The position numbers and the translations under genes are program-made. This document shows, piece by piece, positions 36,081 to 44,404 of a DNA stretch of 64,000 bases. Under the pieces are notes generated by a model. The model saw nothing but the letters and a program-made list of their open reading frames with translations. It had not been told where the DNA came from and searched no databases. Source of the stretch: Candidatus Rokuibacteriota bacterium (lineage in GTDB: Bacteria; Methylomirabilota; Methylomirabilia; Rokubacteriales; CSP1-6); assembly GCA_003220315.1 (NCBI GenBank), contig QHSA01000134.1, forward strand, positions 2,759 through 66,758, read 5' to 3'. Numbering within the stretch: the stretch's first letter is position 1; every line of letters begins with the position of its first letter.

Positions 36081-36506
36081 ATGGCGCTCACGCAGAAACA
36101 CGCCCACGAGTGCATCCAGCGCGGATTCGCCAGGGCGCACGCCCTCGGCTTCAAGGTCGCCATCGCCGTCGTGGACGACGCGGGCCACCTCGTCGCGTGC
36201 GAGCGCATGGACGGCGCGCTCTGGGTCACGCCCGAGATCGCCCGGGCGAAGGCAAACGCCGCCGCCGCCTTCCGCACGACGACGCTCGAGCTCGAGGAGC
36301 GCTTCGGCAAGGGTCGCCAGCTCTTCGCGTCGAACGTCGCCATGCTCGGCGACTACGCGTTCGTCTTCGGCCGCGGCGCCGTGCCCATCGTCGAGGATGG
36401 GCAGATCGTCGGCGCCGTCGGCGTGAGCGGTGCGGTCCCCGCCGATAACGACCACACGATCGCCGACGAAGCCGCGGGACACCCCGAGCTTCCCAAGAGT
36501 CATTAG
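36081..36506 (+). CDS. GlcG/HbpS-like heme-binding protein (DUF336)
   Basis: AIAVVDDAGH....ERMDGA, IARAKA.AA and GAVGVSG.....DH. ATG 36081. Confidence 0.85.
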   Translation: MALTQKHAHECIQRGFARAHALGFKVAIAVVDDAGHLVACERMDGALWVTPEIARAKANAAAAFRTTTLELEERFGKGRQLFASNVAMLGDYAFVFGRGAVPIVEDGQIVGAVGVSGAVPADNDHTIADEAAGHPELPKSH

Positions 36507-36559
36507 GAGCGACCGGCGAGCGCCGGACTCCGCGAGCGGAGCCCCGGGCTCCTCCAGCA

Positions 36560-36614
36560 CGCCACCTTCGGTTGTTCCGGCCTCACGGTACCCGCTACAA
36601 TAGCCCCCCGTGAA
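36560..36614 (+). promoter_or_regulatory. promoter module (copy 1) ending in TACAAT-N8-GTG
   Basis: 46/55 ungapped identity to 41452-41506; TACAAT at 36596-36601. Confidence 0.6.
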
Positions 36615-36768
36615 GGTCGAGGTGGAGGTCTACCAGAACGAGGCGAAGGAGTGGGTAGCGACGGCCGTCGCCTACGACGTCACGGCGACGGGCCGCAGCG
36701 AGACGGAAGCTCTCGCGCGGGTCATGGAGGCCCTCGCGCGGCATTTCAAGGGTCGGCCCCGCCGATGA
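36610..36768 (+). CDS. small HicB-like protein (52 aa)
   Basis: MKVEVEVYQNEAKEWVATAVAYDVTATGRSETEALARVMEALARHFKGRPRR; the G.S..EAL.....AL pattern; ATGA overlap with the next gene. Not in the ORF track. Confidence 0.65.
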   Translation: MKVEVEVYQNEAKEWVATAVAYDVTATGRSETEALARVMEALARHFKGRPRR

Positions 36769-37949
36769 GGGGGGCGCTCGCCGGCCTCCGCGTCGTCGAC
36801 TGCTCCCGGCTGATCGCCGGCGGCGTGCTCGCGACCATCCTCGCCGACCACGGCGCGGACGTCGTCAAGGTCGAGAATCCGCGGGGCGGCGATCCGCTGC
36901 GCACCTGGCTCAAGGAGCGCGGCGAATTGTGGTGGAAGGTCTACGCGCGCGGGAAGCGCTCGATCACGCTCAATCTCGCCCACCCGCGCGGCCAGACTCT
37001 GCTCACGCGTCTGGTCAAGGACGCCGACGTCCTCGTCGAGAACTTCGTCCCGGGCACGCTCGAGAAGTGGGGGCTGGGCTGGGAGGTGCTCTCCGCCGAG
37101 AATCCGCGGCTGGTCCTCGCCCGCGTGTCGGGGTGGGGGCAGGACGGCCCCTACCGCGACCGTCCGGGTTTCGGCACGATGGTGGAGGCGATGAGCGGCT
37201 TCGCAGCCGCGACGGGGCCGGCGGACGGCCCGCCCACGCTGCCCTCGTTCCCGATGGCCGACATGGTCGCCGCGCTCGCGGGGGCCGCGGCGGTGCTCGC
37301 GGCGCTGCGTCATCGCGATCACGTCTCCGGTCGTGGGCAAGTCATCGACCTCTCCCTCTACGAGCCACTGCTCTCCCTCCTCGGGCCCATCGCCGCCGAG
37401 TACGCGCTCGACGGCACGATCCGGACACGCCACGGCAACCAGTCCGACAACGCGAGCCCCCGCGGCACCTACCGGACGCGCGACGGCAAGTGGATCGCGC
37501 TCTCGGCCTCGACGCCCGCCTCGGCCAGGGCCCTGTTCGACGGGCTCGGCCTCGCCGACCTGCTCGAGGATCCCCGGTTTTCGACCAACGACGCGCGGGT
37601 CGCCCACAACGACCTGGTCGACGCGGCGCTCGCGCGAGCGATCGGCGAGCGGACGCTCGACGAGATGCTCCACCGGTTCGAGACGCTGGACCTCACGGCG
37701 GCGCCCGTCTACGACATCGCGGACATCATCAAGGACCCGCACGTGGTCGCCCGCTCCATCCTCGTGGACGTCCCCGACGCCGACCTGGGCACCGTGCGCA
37801 TGACCGCGCCGACGCCCCGCCTCGCCGACACGCCCGCCTCGGTCCGCTGGGCCGGGCCGCCGCTCGGCGCCCACAACCATGACGTCTACACGTCGCTCGG
37901 GCTCGATGCGGCCGAGATCGACGAGCTCAAGCGTGCTGGGATCATCTAG
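36765..37949 (+). CDS. CaiB/BaiF family CoA transferase
   Basis: LADHGADVVKVE, DADVLVENFVPG, GWGQDGPY and DMVAAL (catalytic Asp). ATG 36765. Confidence 0.92.
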   Translation: MRGALAGLRVVDCSRLIAGGVLATILADHGADVVKVENPRGGDPLRTWLKERGELWWKVYARGKRSITLNLAHPRGQTLLTRLVKDADVLVENFVPGTLEKWGLGWEVLSAENPRLVLARVSGWGQDGPYRDRPGFGTMVEAMSGFAAATGPADGPPTLPSFPMADMVAALAGAAAVLAALRHRDHVSGRGQVIDLSLYEPLLSLLGPIAAEYALDGTIRTRHGNQSDNASPRGTYRTRDGKWIALSASTPASARALFDGLGLADLLEDPRFSTNDARVAHNDLVDAALARAIGERTLDEMLHRFETLDLTAAPVYDIADIIKDPHVVARSILVDVPDADLGTVRMTAPTPRLADTPASVRWAGPPLGAHNHDVYTSLGLDAAEIDELKRAGII

Positions 37950-37989
37950 CACGGTTCGACCGGGCCGCTCGCTCGTACCGATCGCCATC

Positions 37990-38829
37990 GTGCTCCTCGT
38001 CTCGCTCGCCTGGGGAGCCTCCGCCGGCGCGGCCGAGTACAAGGGGCCGCTGATCGACGCGCACTCGCACCTGCCGAACGCCAGGGCGATCGACGCCTAC
38101 GTGGAAGCGATGAAGCGACACAACGTCGTCAAGGTGGTGCTGCTCGGCGTCGGTGGCGTGCAGAAGGACGACCCGGCGTGGATCGCCGCCGCCGCACGCA
38201 AGTACCCGGACCGCGTCGTCGCGGCGCTCCCGCTCCCCGACCCGACCGACGACGGCGCGGCGGCGCGGCTCGACGCCGCACTCACGAAATCGCCCGCACG
38301 CGCGATCGGCGAGGTCCACCTGCGCCAGATGGGACGCCGGAATATCGACCGCGACCCGGGCGATCCTGCGTTCGGCAGGATCCTCGAGGTCGCCGCGGCG
38401 CGCGGCGTCCCCGTCGTCGTCCATTACGAGCTGACCGACGCGGCCGCCGCCGCGCTCGATCGCGCACTCGCCGCGCACCGGAAGGCGACGCTCGTCCTCG
38501 CCCATGCCGGCGAGGGGCCGCCCGCGCGCGTGGAAGGGCTGCTCGCGCGGAACCCGAACCTGATCGTCGATCTCTCCGGGATGCACTTTCAGCGCACGCC
38601 CGCGCTCGCGACCGAGACCGGCCCGCTCGACCCCGCGTGGAAGGCCCTGCTCGAAAAGATGCCCGACCGCTTTCTGATGGGAATCGACGTGTGGGCTCCG
38701 CGTCTCTTCGAGCCGGCCATGCTCGATCGGCTCTTCACGTGGACGCGCCGGATCCTCGGCGAGCTCGCGCCGGGCGTCGCCGAGCGGGTCGCCCACAGGA
38801 ACGCGGCCGCGCTCTTCCACGCGGAGTGA
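37990..38829 (+). CDS. amidohydrolase/TatD-like metal-dependent hydrolase with predicted signal peptide
   Basis: IDAHSHL, IGEVHL, VVHYE, LAHAG and GIDVW. Start uncertain (GTG 37990 chosen; the ORF track opens at 37879). Confidence 0.7.
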   Translation: MLLVSLAWGASAGAAEYKGPLIDAHSHLPNARAIDAYVEAMKRHNVVKVVLLGVGGVQKDDPAWIAAAARKYPDRVVAALPLPDPTDDGAAARLDAALTKSPARAIGEVHLRQMGRRNIDRDPGDPAFGRILEVAAARGVPVVVHYELTDAAAAALDRALAAHRKATLVLAHAGEGPPARVEGLLARNPNLIVDLSGMHFQRTPALATETGPLDPAWKALLEKMPDRFLMGIDVWAPRLFEPAMLDRLFTWTRRILGELAPGVAERVAHRNAAALFHAE

Positions 38830-39947
38830 GCGTGTTCCGCACGGCGCTCTGCGAGCTCCTCGCCATCGAGTATCCGATCGTCCAGTCGGGCATGGGGGGC
38901 GTCGCCGGGCCCGAGCTCGTGGCGGAGGTGTGCCGCGCCGGCGGCCTCGGCATCCTCGCCGGGCTCAACGTCCCGCCGGACGACCTGCGGAAGATGATCC
39001 GCGGCGTGCGCGGGCTGACCGACCGCCCGTTCGGAGTGAACCTCTGGCTGCACAAGGCACTCCGACCCCCGATCGACCCCGACACCGTGCCCGCGGAGAC
39101 GCTCGACGGCGCCCAGGCGATGCTCAATCGCTTCCGCGAGCGGCTCGGCATCCCGACGACGGCGACCAGCCCGGGTCGAGCGCCGGACCTCGTGGACGCC
39201 GCGGTCGCCGTCGTCCTCGAGGAGCGGCCGCCGGTGTTCTCGACGGCGCTCGGCTGGCTCGAGCCCAGGCTGGCCGAGGCGTGCCATCGGCGGGGGATCA
39301 AGGTCATGGCCATGGTCTCCACCGTGGACGACGCGCGGACCGCGGCGAGAGACGGCGCCGATGTGATCGTCGCCCAGGGGGCCGAGGCCGGTGGTCATCG
39401 CTCGGTGGATGGCAAGCCCGCGTCACCGGAGGCGACGACCGTGGGCCTCATGGCCCTCCTGCCCCAGGTCGTGGACGCGGTGCGTGTGCCCGTCGTGGCC
39501 GCGGGCGGCATCGCCGACGGCCGCGGCCTGGTCGCCGCCCTCGCCCTCGGCGCGAGCGGAGTGTTGCTGGGCACGCGCTTCGTGGCGACGCGGGAGTCGA
39601 TGGCCTCGGAGGTCTACAAGAAGCGCGTGCTCGAGAGCGAGAGCGGCGCGACCACGGTGACGGACGTCCTCACCGGCCTCTGGGCGCGGGCGCTCGCCAA
39701 CACCTTCACCCGGGAGTACACGGCGTCCGGCGCCCCGGTCTTGCCGCCGCTCGTGCAGCGGGGCGCCGCCAGCGACGTCTTCCTGGCCGCGCTCACGCAG
39801 GGTGACCCGGAGTACTCCGCGATGATGGCCGGCCAGTCGGTCGGCCTCATCCGCGACCTTCCCGGCGCGGGCGAGGTGGTGGAGACCGTCGTTCGCGAGG
39901 CGCGCGCCGTCCTGGACGCGCTCCCCCGGCGCGTGCGTCTCACGTAG
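38826..39947 (+). CDS. nitronate monooxygenase / NAD(P)H-dependent flavin oxidoreductase family
   Basis: PIVQSGMGG, PFGVNL, QGAEAGGH, VAAGGIADGRG and GTRFVAT. GTG 38826. Confidence 0.88.
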   Translation: MSVFRTALCELLAIEYPIVQSGMGGVAGPELVAEVCRAGGLGILAGLNVPPDDLRKMIRGVRGLTDRPFGVNLWLHKALRPPIDPDTVPAETLDGAQAMLNRFRERLGIPTTATSPGRAPDLVDAAVAVVLEERPPVFSTALGWLEPRLAEACHRRGIKVMAMVSTVDDARTAARDGADVIVAQGAEAGGHRSVDGKPASPEATTVGLMALLPQVVDAVRVPVVAAGGIADGRGLVAALALGASGVLLGTRFVATRESMASEVYKKRVLESESGATTVTDVLTGLWARALANTFTREYTASGAPVLPPLVQRGAASDVFLAALTQGDPEYSAMMAGQSVGLIRDLPGAGEVVETVVREARAVLDALPRRVRLT

Positions 39948-39960
39948 CGCCGCGTCGGGG

Positions 39961-40422
39961 TCACCGACGCTCGCGCGCGGGCGCCGGCGCCCCGCGACGC
40001 CGACGTCCGATGCGCACCGTGCTCCCGCCGACCCGCGTGGCGCAGTGCCGGCAGAAGTACTTCATCTCCACCGGGTGACCGCAGGCGTCGTGCACGAGCG
40101 CGCTCGAGCGGTGCACGTGGCGCGTTCCCCAGCTCGCGAGCGCGCCCACGACGACGCCGAGCTCGCGCCCGCGGTCGGTCAGCTCGTACTCGGCCCGGGG
40201 CGGGTGGGCCGAGTAGAAGCGCCGCGCGACGAGCCCGCGCTCCTCCAAGAGCTTCAGCCGGTCCGACAGGATGTTCGGCGCGATCCCCGTGAGGCTCCGC
40301 GCGAAGTCCGCGAAGCGCCGCGGCCCCGAGAGCAGGTCGCGCACGAGCAGGAGGGTCCAGCGGTCGCCGACCACCTCCAGCGACTTCGCCACCGGGCACG
40401 CCTGGCCGTAACGCTTCGGCAC
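39961..40422 (-). CDS. HxlR family winged-helix transcriptional regulator
   Basis: CPVAKSLEVVGDRWTLLLVRDL, LSDRLKLLE and EYELTDRG. Confidence 0.9.
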   Translation of the reverse strand: MPKRYGQACPVAKSLEVVGDRWTLLLVRDLLSGPRRFADFARSLTGIAPNILSDRLKLLEERGLVARRFYSAHPPRAEYELTDRGRELGVVVGALASWGTRHVHRSSALVHDACGHPVEMKYFCRHCATRVGGSTVRIGRRRRGAPAPARERR

Positions 40423-40441
40423 GGCCCGAGTCTAACAGAGC

Positions 40442-40469
40442 TTGACAGAAAAGCTAGTCACTATAAAAT
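40442..40469 (+). promoter_or_regulatory. sigma70-type promoter TTGACA-N16-TAAAAT
   Basis: ttgaca at 40442-40447 and taaaat at 40464-40469; divergent from the HxlR gene. Confidence 0.6.
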
Positions 40470-40489
40470 CACAAGCCACGGAGGACGTC

Positions 40490-40963
40490 ATGACCACGCT
40501 TCAAATCTTCGGCCTGCAGTTCCTGCTCAGCTTGGTCCTGTACACGCTCATCGCCCGCTGGCACGTGGCGCCACGGCTGGCGGCGCTGCCGCTCGCGTCG
40601 GCGTTGTCGCCGCTGCTCTTCCTCCACGCGTTTCGCCACCTGGGGATGGTGTTCCTCGTCCCGACCGTGGTGGGCTCCTCCCTCCCGCCCGCGTTCGCGG
40701 TCCCGGCCGCCTACGGCGACCTGCTCGCCGCGCTCCTGGCGCTCCTCGCGATCGTCGCGCTGCGGTCCCGGTGGCCGTTCGGGCTCCCGCTGGTCTGGCT
40801 CTTCAACGTCGTGGGGACCGTCGACCTCGTCAACGCGCTCGCCCAAGGCCTCCGGCTCGACGTGAGCCTGGGCGCGGCGTACTACATCCCGACGTTCGCG
40901 GTGCCGGCTCTCTTCGTCACGCACGCGATGATCTTCGCGATGCTCGTCCGACGCGCGCGTTGA
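40490..40963 (+). CDS. hypothetical integral membrane protein
   Basis: Four to five hydrophobic segments; LHAFRHLG and YGDLL motifs; GGAGG RBS before ATG 40490. Confidence 0.75.
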   Translation: MTTLQIFGLQFLLSLVLYTLIARWHVAPRLAALPLASALSPLLFLHAFRHLGMVFLVPTVVGSSLPPAFAVPAAYGDLLAALLALLAIVALRSRWPFGLPLVWLFNVVGTVDLVNALAQGLRLDVSLGAAYYIPTFAVPALFVTHAMIFAMLVRRAR

Positions 40964-40973
40964 GGAGCCCTCG

Positions 40974-41411
40974 ATGACGAAGATGCTCGACCTCATCCAC
41001 ATGATGCAGCGCGGGGAGATCGCGCCGCCGCCCGTCGCCGCGCTCATCGGCTTCACGCTCGCCTCCGTCGAGCCCGGCTGCGCCGTGGTCGAGTTCGAGG
41101 CGACTCCGCGCCACGCGAACCCGATGGGCACGCTCCACGGCGGCGTCCTCTGCGACATCGCCGACGCGGCGATGGGGATGGCCTGGGCGTCGACGCTCGA
41201 CGAGGGCGAGACGTTCACGACGCTCGAGCTCAAGATCAACTTCCTCAAGCCAGTCTGGACGGGGAAGCTCACCGCCACGGGCCGCGTCGTGCAGGGCGGC
41301 CGGACGATCGGCCTGGTCGAGTGCGACGTCGTGGACGAGAAGCGCCGGCTCGTGGCGCGGGCCAGCTCGACGGTCATGACGCTCCGGGGCGCGCAGGCGA
41401 CCGGCCGCTGA
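40974..41411 (+). CDS. PaaI family thioesterase
   Basis: HANPMGTLHGGVLCDIADAAMG and TTLELKINFLKP. Confidence 0.92.
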   Translation: MTKMLDLIHMMQRGEIAPPPVAALIGFTLASVEPGCAVVEFEATPRHANPMGTLHGGVLCDIADAAMGMAWASTLDEGETFTTLELKINFLKPVWTGKLTATGRVVQGGRTIGLVECDVVDEKRRLVARASSTVMTLRGAQATGR

Positions 41412-41451
41412 GCGGCCCGCACAGGCGGGTCGGAGCCACGCGTGTCTCGCT

Positions 41452-41506
41452 CGCCACCTTCCCCTGTTGCGGCCACGCGGACCCCGCTACAATATCCCCC
41501 CGTGAA
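41452..41506 (+). promoter_or_regulatory. promoter module (copy 2) ending in TACAAT-N8-GTG
   Basis: 46/55 identity to 36560-36614; TACAAT at 41488-41493. Confidence 0.6.
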
Positions 41507-42551
41507 ACTTGACATCGGCATGCTGACCCACGAGCTCACGTCCATTCCGAGCTACGCCCGCAAGGTCGAGGCGCTGGGGTACGACTGCCTCTGGTCCTCG
41601 GAGACGAAGCACGATCCGTTCCTGCCGCTTGCCGTCGCGGCCACGGTCACCTCGCAGCTCAAGCTCGGCACGGCGATCGCGGTCGCGTTTCCCCGGAGCC
41701 CGATGGTGCTCGCCCACCTCGCCTGGGATCTCCAACGGGCCTCCGGAGGCCGGTTCGTCCTCGGGCTCGGCACGCAGGTGAAGGGCCACAACGAGCGGCG
41801 CTTCTCGGTGAGGTTCGAGTCGCCCGGCCCCAAGATGCGCGAGATCGTGCTGGCCCTTCGCGCCATCTGGGACTGCTGGCAGAATGGGACCAGGCTCGAC
41901 TTCAAGGGCCGGTTCTACCGCTTCGACCTGATGACGCCGTTCTTCAACCCCGGACCCATCGAGCACCCGAGGATCCCCGTGTATGTCGCCGGCGTGAACC
42001 AGTACATGTGCCGGATCGCGGGCGAGGTGTGCGACGGCCTCCATGTCCACCCGTTCAACAGCCCGAAGTACCTGCGCGAGTACGTCCAGCCCGCCGTCAA
42101 CGACGGGCTTCACGCGACGGGCCGGAAGCGCGAGGACTTCGTCTACGCCACCTCGACGTTCGTGGTCGTCGGTGACACCGAGGAGGAGCTCGCGCAGCAC
42201 CGGCGCTCGGTGAAGGCGCAGATCGCCTTCTACGCCTCGACGCGCACCTACGAGCCCGTGCTCGCCGCCCATGGGTGGCAGGGCCTCACCCCCACGCTCC
42301 ACCGGAAGTCCGTCGAGGGGGACTGGAAGGGCATGGCCGACCTGATCACCGACGAGATGGTCGAGACGTTCGCCGTCACCGGAACGTACGCGACGATCGG
42401 GCGGAAGCTCAAGGAACGCTACGCGGGTCTCCTCGACCGCACGTCGCTCTACCAGCCCTGGGAACCCGGGCTCGACGACCCGCGCCTGGCCCGACTCGTC
42501 AACGAGTTCAACGGCGGGGAGACCGGCGGACAGGGGGGGCGACATGGCTGA
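41502..42551 (+). CDS. LLM-class F420-dependent oxidoreductase (MSMEG_2256-like)
   Basis: [34 protein letters not shown] and [14 protein letters not shown] 41502. Confidence 0.85.
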   Translation: MKLDIGMLTHELTSIPSYARKVEALGYDCLWSSETKHDPFLPLAVAATVTSQLKLGTAIAVAFPRSPMVLAHLAWDLQRASGGRFVLGLGTQVKGHNERRFSVRFESPGPKMREIVLALRAIWDCWQNGTRLDFKGRFYRFDLMTPFFNPGPIEHPRIPVYVAGVNQYMCRIAGEVCDGLHVHPFNSPKYLREYVQPAVNDGLHATGRKREDFVYATSTFVVVGDTEEELAQHRRSVKAQIAFYASTRTYEPVLAAHGWQGLTPTLHRKSVEGDWKGMADLITDEMVETFAVTGTYATIGRKLKERYAGLLDRTSLYQPWEPGLDDPRLARLVNEFNGGETGGQGGRHG

Positions 42552-43785
42552 CCTGTACGATCTCGGCGAGCGACCGCCCGTCGGCGACGTGCCGACGCGC
42601 ATGCACGCGTACGTCGTGCGGCAGAACCGTTTCGGCCCGCCGCGCGAGGCGTGGCGGCGCGAGATCATCCCGACGCCGACCCTCGGCCCCGACGAAGTGC
42701 TGGTCTACGTGATGGCGTCGGGGATCAACTACAACAACGTCTGGGCGGCGCTGGGCGCGCCGCTCGACGTGATCGGCGAGCGCCAGAAGGCGGGCGAGCC
42801 CGAGGACTTCCACGCCGGCGGCAGCGACTGCTCCGGCATCGTCTGGGCCGTCGGCCGCGACGTCAAGAACGCGCGGGTCGGCGACGAGGTCGTCGTCCAC
42901 AGCGGCTGGTGGCGACCCGACGACCCGTGGGTGCGCTCCGGCCGGGACCCGATGCTCGCCGAATCGACGCGCATCTGGGGCTATCAGACCAACTATGGCA
43001 GCTACGGCCAGTTTGCCCGCTGCCAGGCCCATCAATGTGTTCCGAAGCCGAAGCGGCTGACCTGGGAGGCGGCGGGCTGCTTCCTCCTCTGCGGATCCAC
43101 GGCGTACCGGATGCTCATGGGCTGGCCGCCCCACGTCGTCGAGCGCGGGGATGTGGTTTTGATCTGGGGAGCGGCCGGCGGGCTCGGGAGCATGGCGCTC
43201 GAGATCACGCGCGCCGTCGGCGGCCGGGCGATCGCGGTCGTCTCCGACGAGGCGAAGCGGAAGTTCTGCGTCGATCACGGCGCCGCGGGCGTCGTCAACC
43301 GCGGCCAGTTCTCGCACTGGGGTCCCCTGCCCGATACCAAGGACGCTCGTGCCTACGGCGAGTGGGCGAAAGGCGCCCGTGCGTTCGGCAAGGCGCTCTG
43401 GGACGCGCTGGGCGACCGCGTAGGTCCGCGGATCGTCTTCGAGCACCCGGGCGAGGCGACGCTGCCGACCTCCGTATTCGTCTGCGCGACGGGCGGCATG
43501 GTCGTCATCTGCGCCGGCACCACCGGCTACAACGCCACGCTGGACCTGCGCTACCTCTGGATGCGCCAGAAGCGGTTCCAGGGGAGCCACCTCTCCAACG
43601 ACGCGCAGGCCGCCGCGGTCACGCGACTCGTCGCCGACGGCCAGGTGGACCCGTGCCTGTCGAAGACCTACGCCTTCGACGACATCCCCGAATGCCACCA
43701 GCTGATGCTCGAGAACAAGCACCCGTACGGGAACATGGCCGTCCTGGTGAACGCCCGGACATCCGGACAGGGCGCGTCGACGTGA
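42544..43785 (+). CDS. ccr: crotonyl-CoA carboxylase/reductase family enoyl-thioester reductase
   Basis: [46 protein letters not shown] and [14 protein letters not shown]. Confidence 0.88.
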   Translation: MADLYDLGERPPVGDVPTRMHAYVVRQNRFGPPREAWRREIIPTPTLGPDEVLVYVMASGINYNNVWAALGAPLDVIGERQKAGEPEDFHAGGSDCSGIVWAVGRDVKNARVGDEVVVHSGWWRPDDPWVRSGRDPMLAESTRIWGYQTNYGSYGQFARCQAHQCVPKPKRLTWEAAGCFLLCGSTAYRMLMGWPPHVVERGDVVLIWGAAGGLGSMALEITRAVGGRAIAVVSDEAKRKFCVDHGAAGVVNRGQFSHWGPLPDTKDARAYGEWAKGARAFGKALWDALGDRVGPRIVFEHPGEATLPTSVFVCATGGMVVICAGTTGYNATLDLRYLWMRQKRFQGSHLSNDAQAAAVTRLVADGQVDPCLSKTYAFDDIPECHQLMLENKHPYGNMAVLVNARTSGQGAST

Positions 43786-43828
43786 GGGCGCTCGCCTTCA
43801 GGCAGTTCGGGAAGATCGTCCTCGCCGT

Positions 43829-44404
43829 GTGAGCCGCCCCGTGCCGCGCCGGGTGGCGACCCTCGCGCTCGCCGCGCTGGCCCTGGCGGCGCCACGCCTG
43901 GCCGCCGCTGACGAGGCGCTGTGGGCGCTCCTGCGCGCCGGCGGCCAGGTCATCGTCATGCGCCACGCGGCGACCGACCGCTCGCTCGGCGACCCGCCGG
44001 GCTTCCGCCTGGACGAGTGCTCCACCCAGCGCAACCTCTCTGAGGAGGGCCGCGCCCAGGCGCGCCGCGTGGGCGCCGCGTTCGCCGCGAGAGGAATCCC
44101 GATCGGGCGCGTGCTCTCGAGCCAGTGGTGTCGCTGCCTCGAGACCGCGCGCCTGGCCTTTGGGGGGGCCGCGCCCTGGCCGGCGCTCAACTCGTTCTTC
44201 CGCGACCGCACGCAAGAGGCCGAGCGGACCCGCGAGGTCCGCGCCCTCGTTTCCGGGCGCCCGGCGACGGGGACCTTGGTGCTCGTGACCCACCAGCTCA
44301 ACATCGGCGCCCTCACCGGCGTCCACCCCGCAGAGGGCGAGCTGGTCGTCCTCACGCCGCTCGGCCACGACCACTTCCGCGTCGCGGGTACAATGAGGCC
44401 ATGA
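43829..44404 (+). CDS. histidine phosphatase family protein, secreted
   Basis: Signal peptide, VMRHA, QRNLSEEGR, SSQWCRCLETA and LVTH. Confidence 0.82.
   Translation: MSRPVPRRVATLALAALALAAPRLAAADEALWALLRAGGQVIVMRHAATDRSLGDPPGFRLDECSTQRNLSEEGRAQARRVGAAFAARGIPIGRVLSSQWCRCLETARLAFGGAAPWPALNSFFRDRTQEAERTREVRALVSGRPATGTLVLVTHQLNIGALTGVHPAEGELVVLTPLGHDHFRVAGTMRP

Noticed and set aside
36515-36555. Hairpin after the glcG-like gene as an intrinsic terminator
   Set aside because: Short GC stem with no U-tract; not distinguishable from background.
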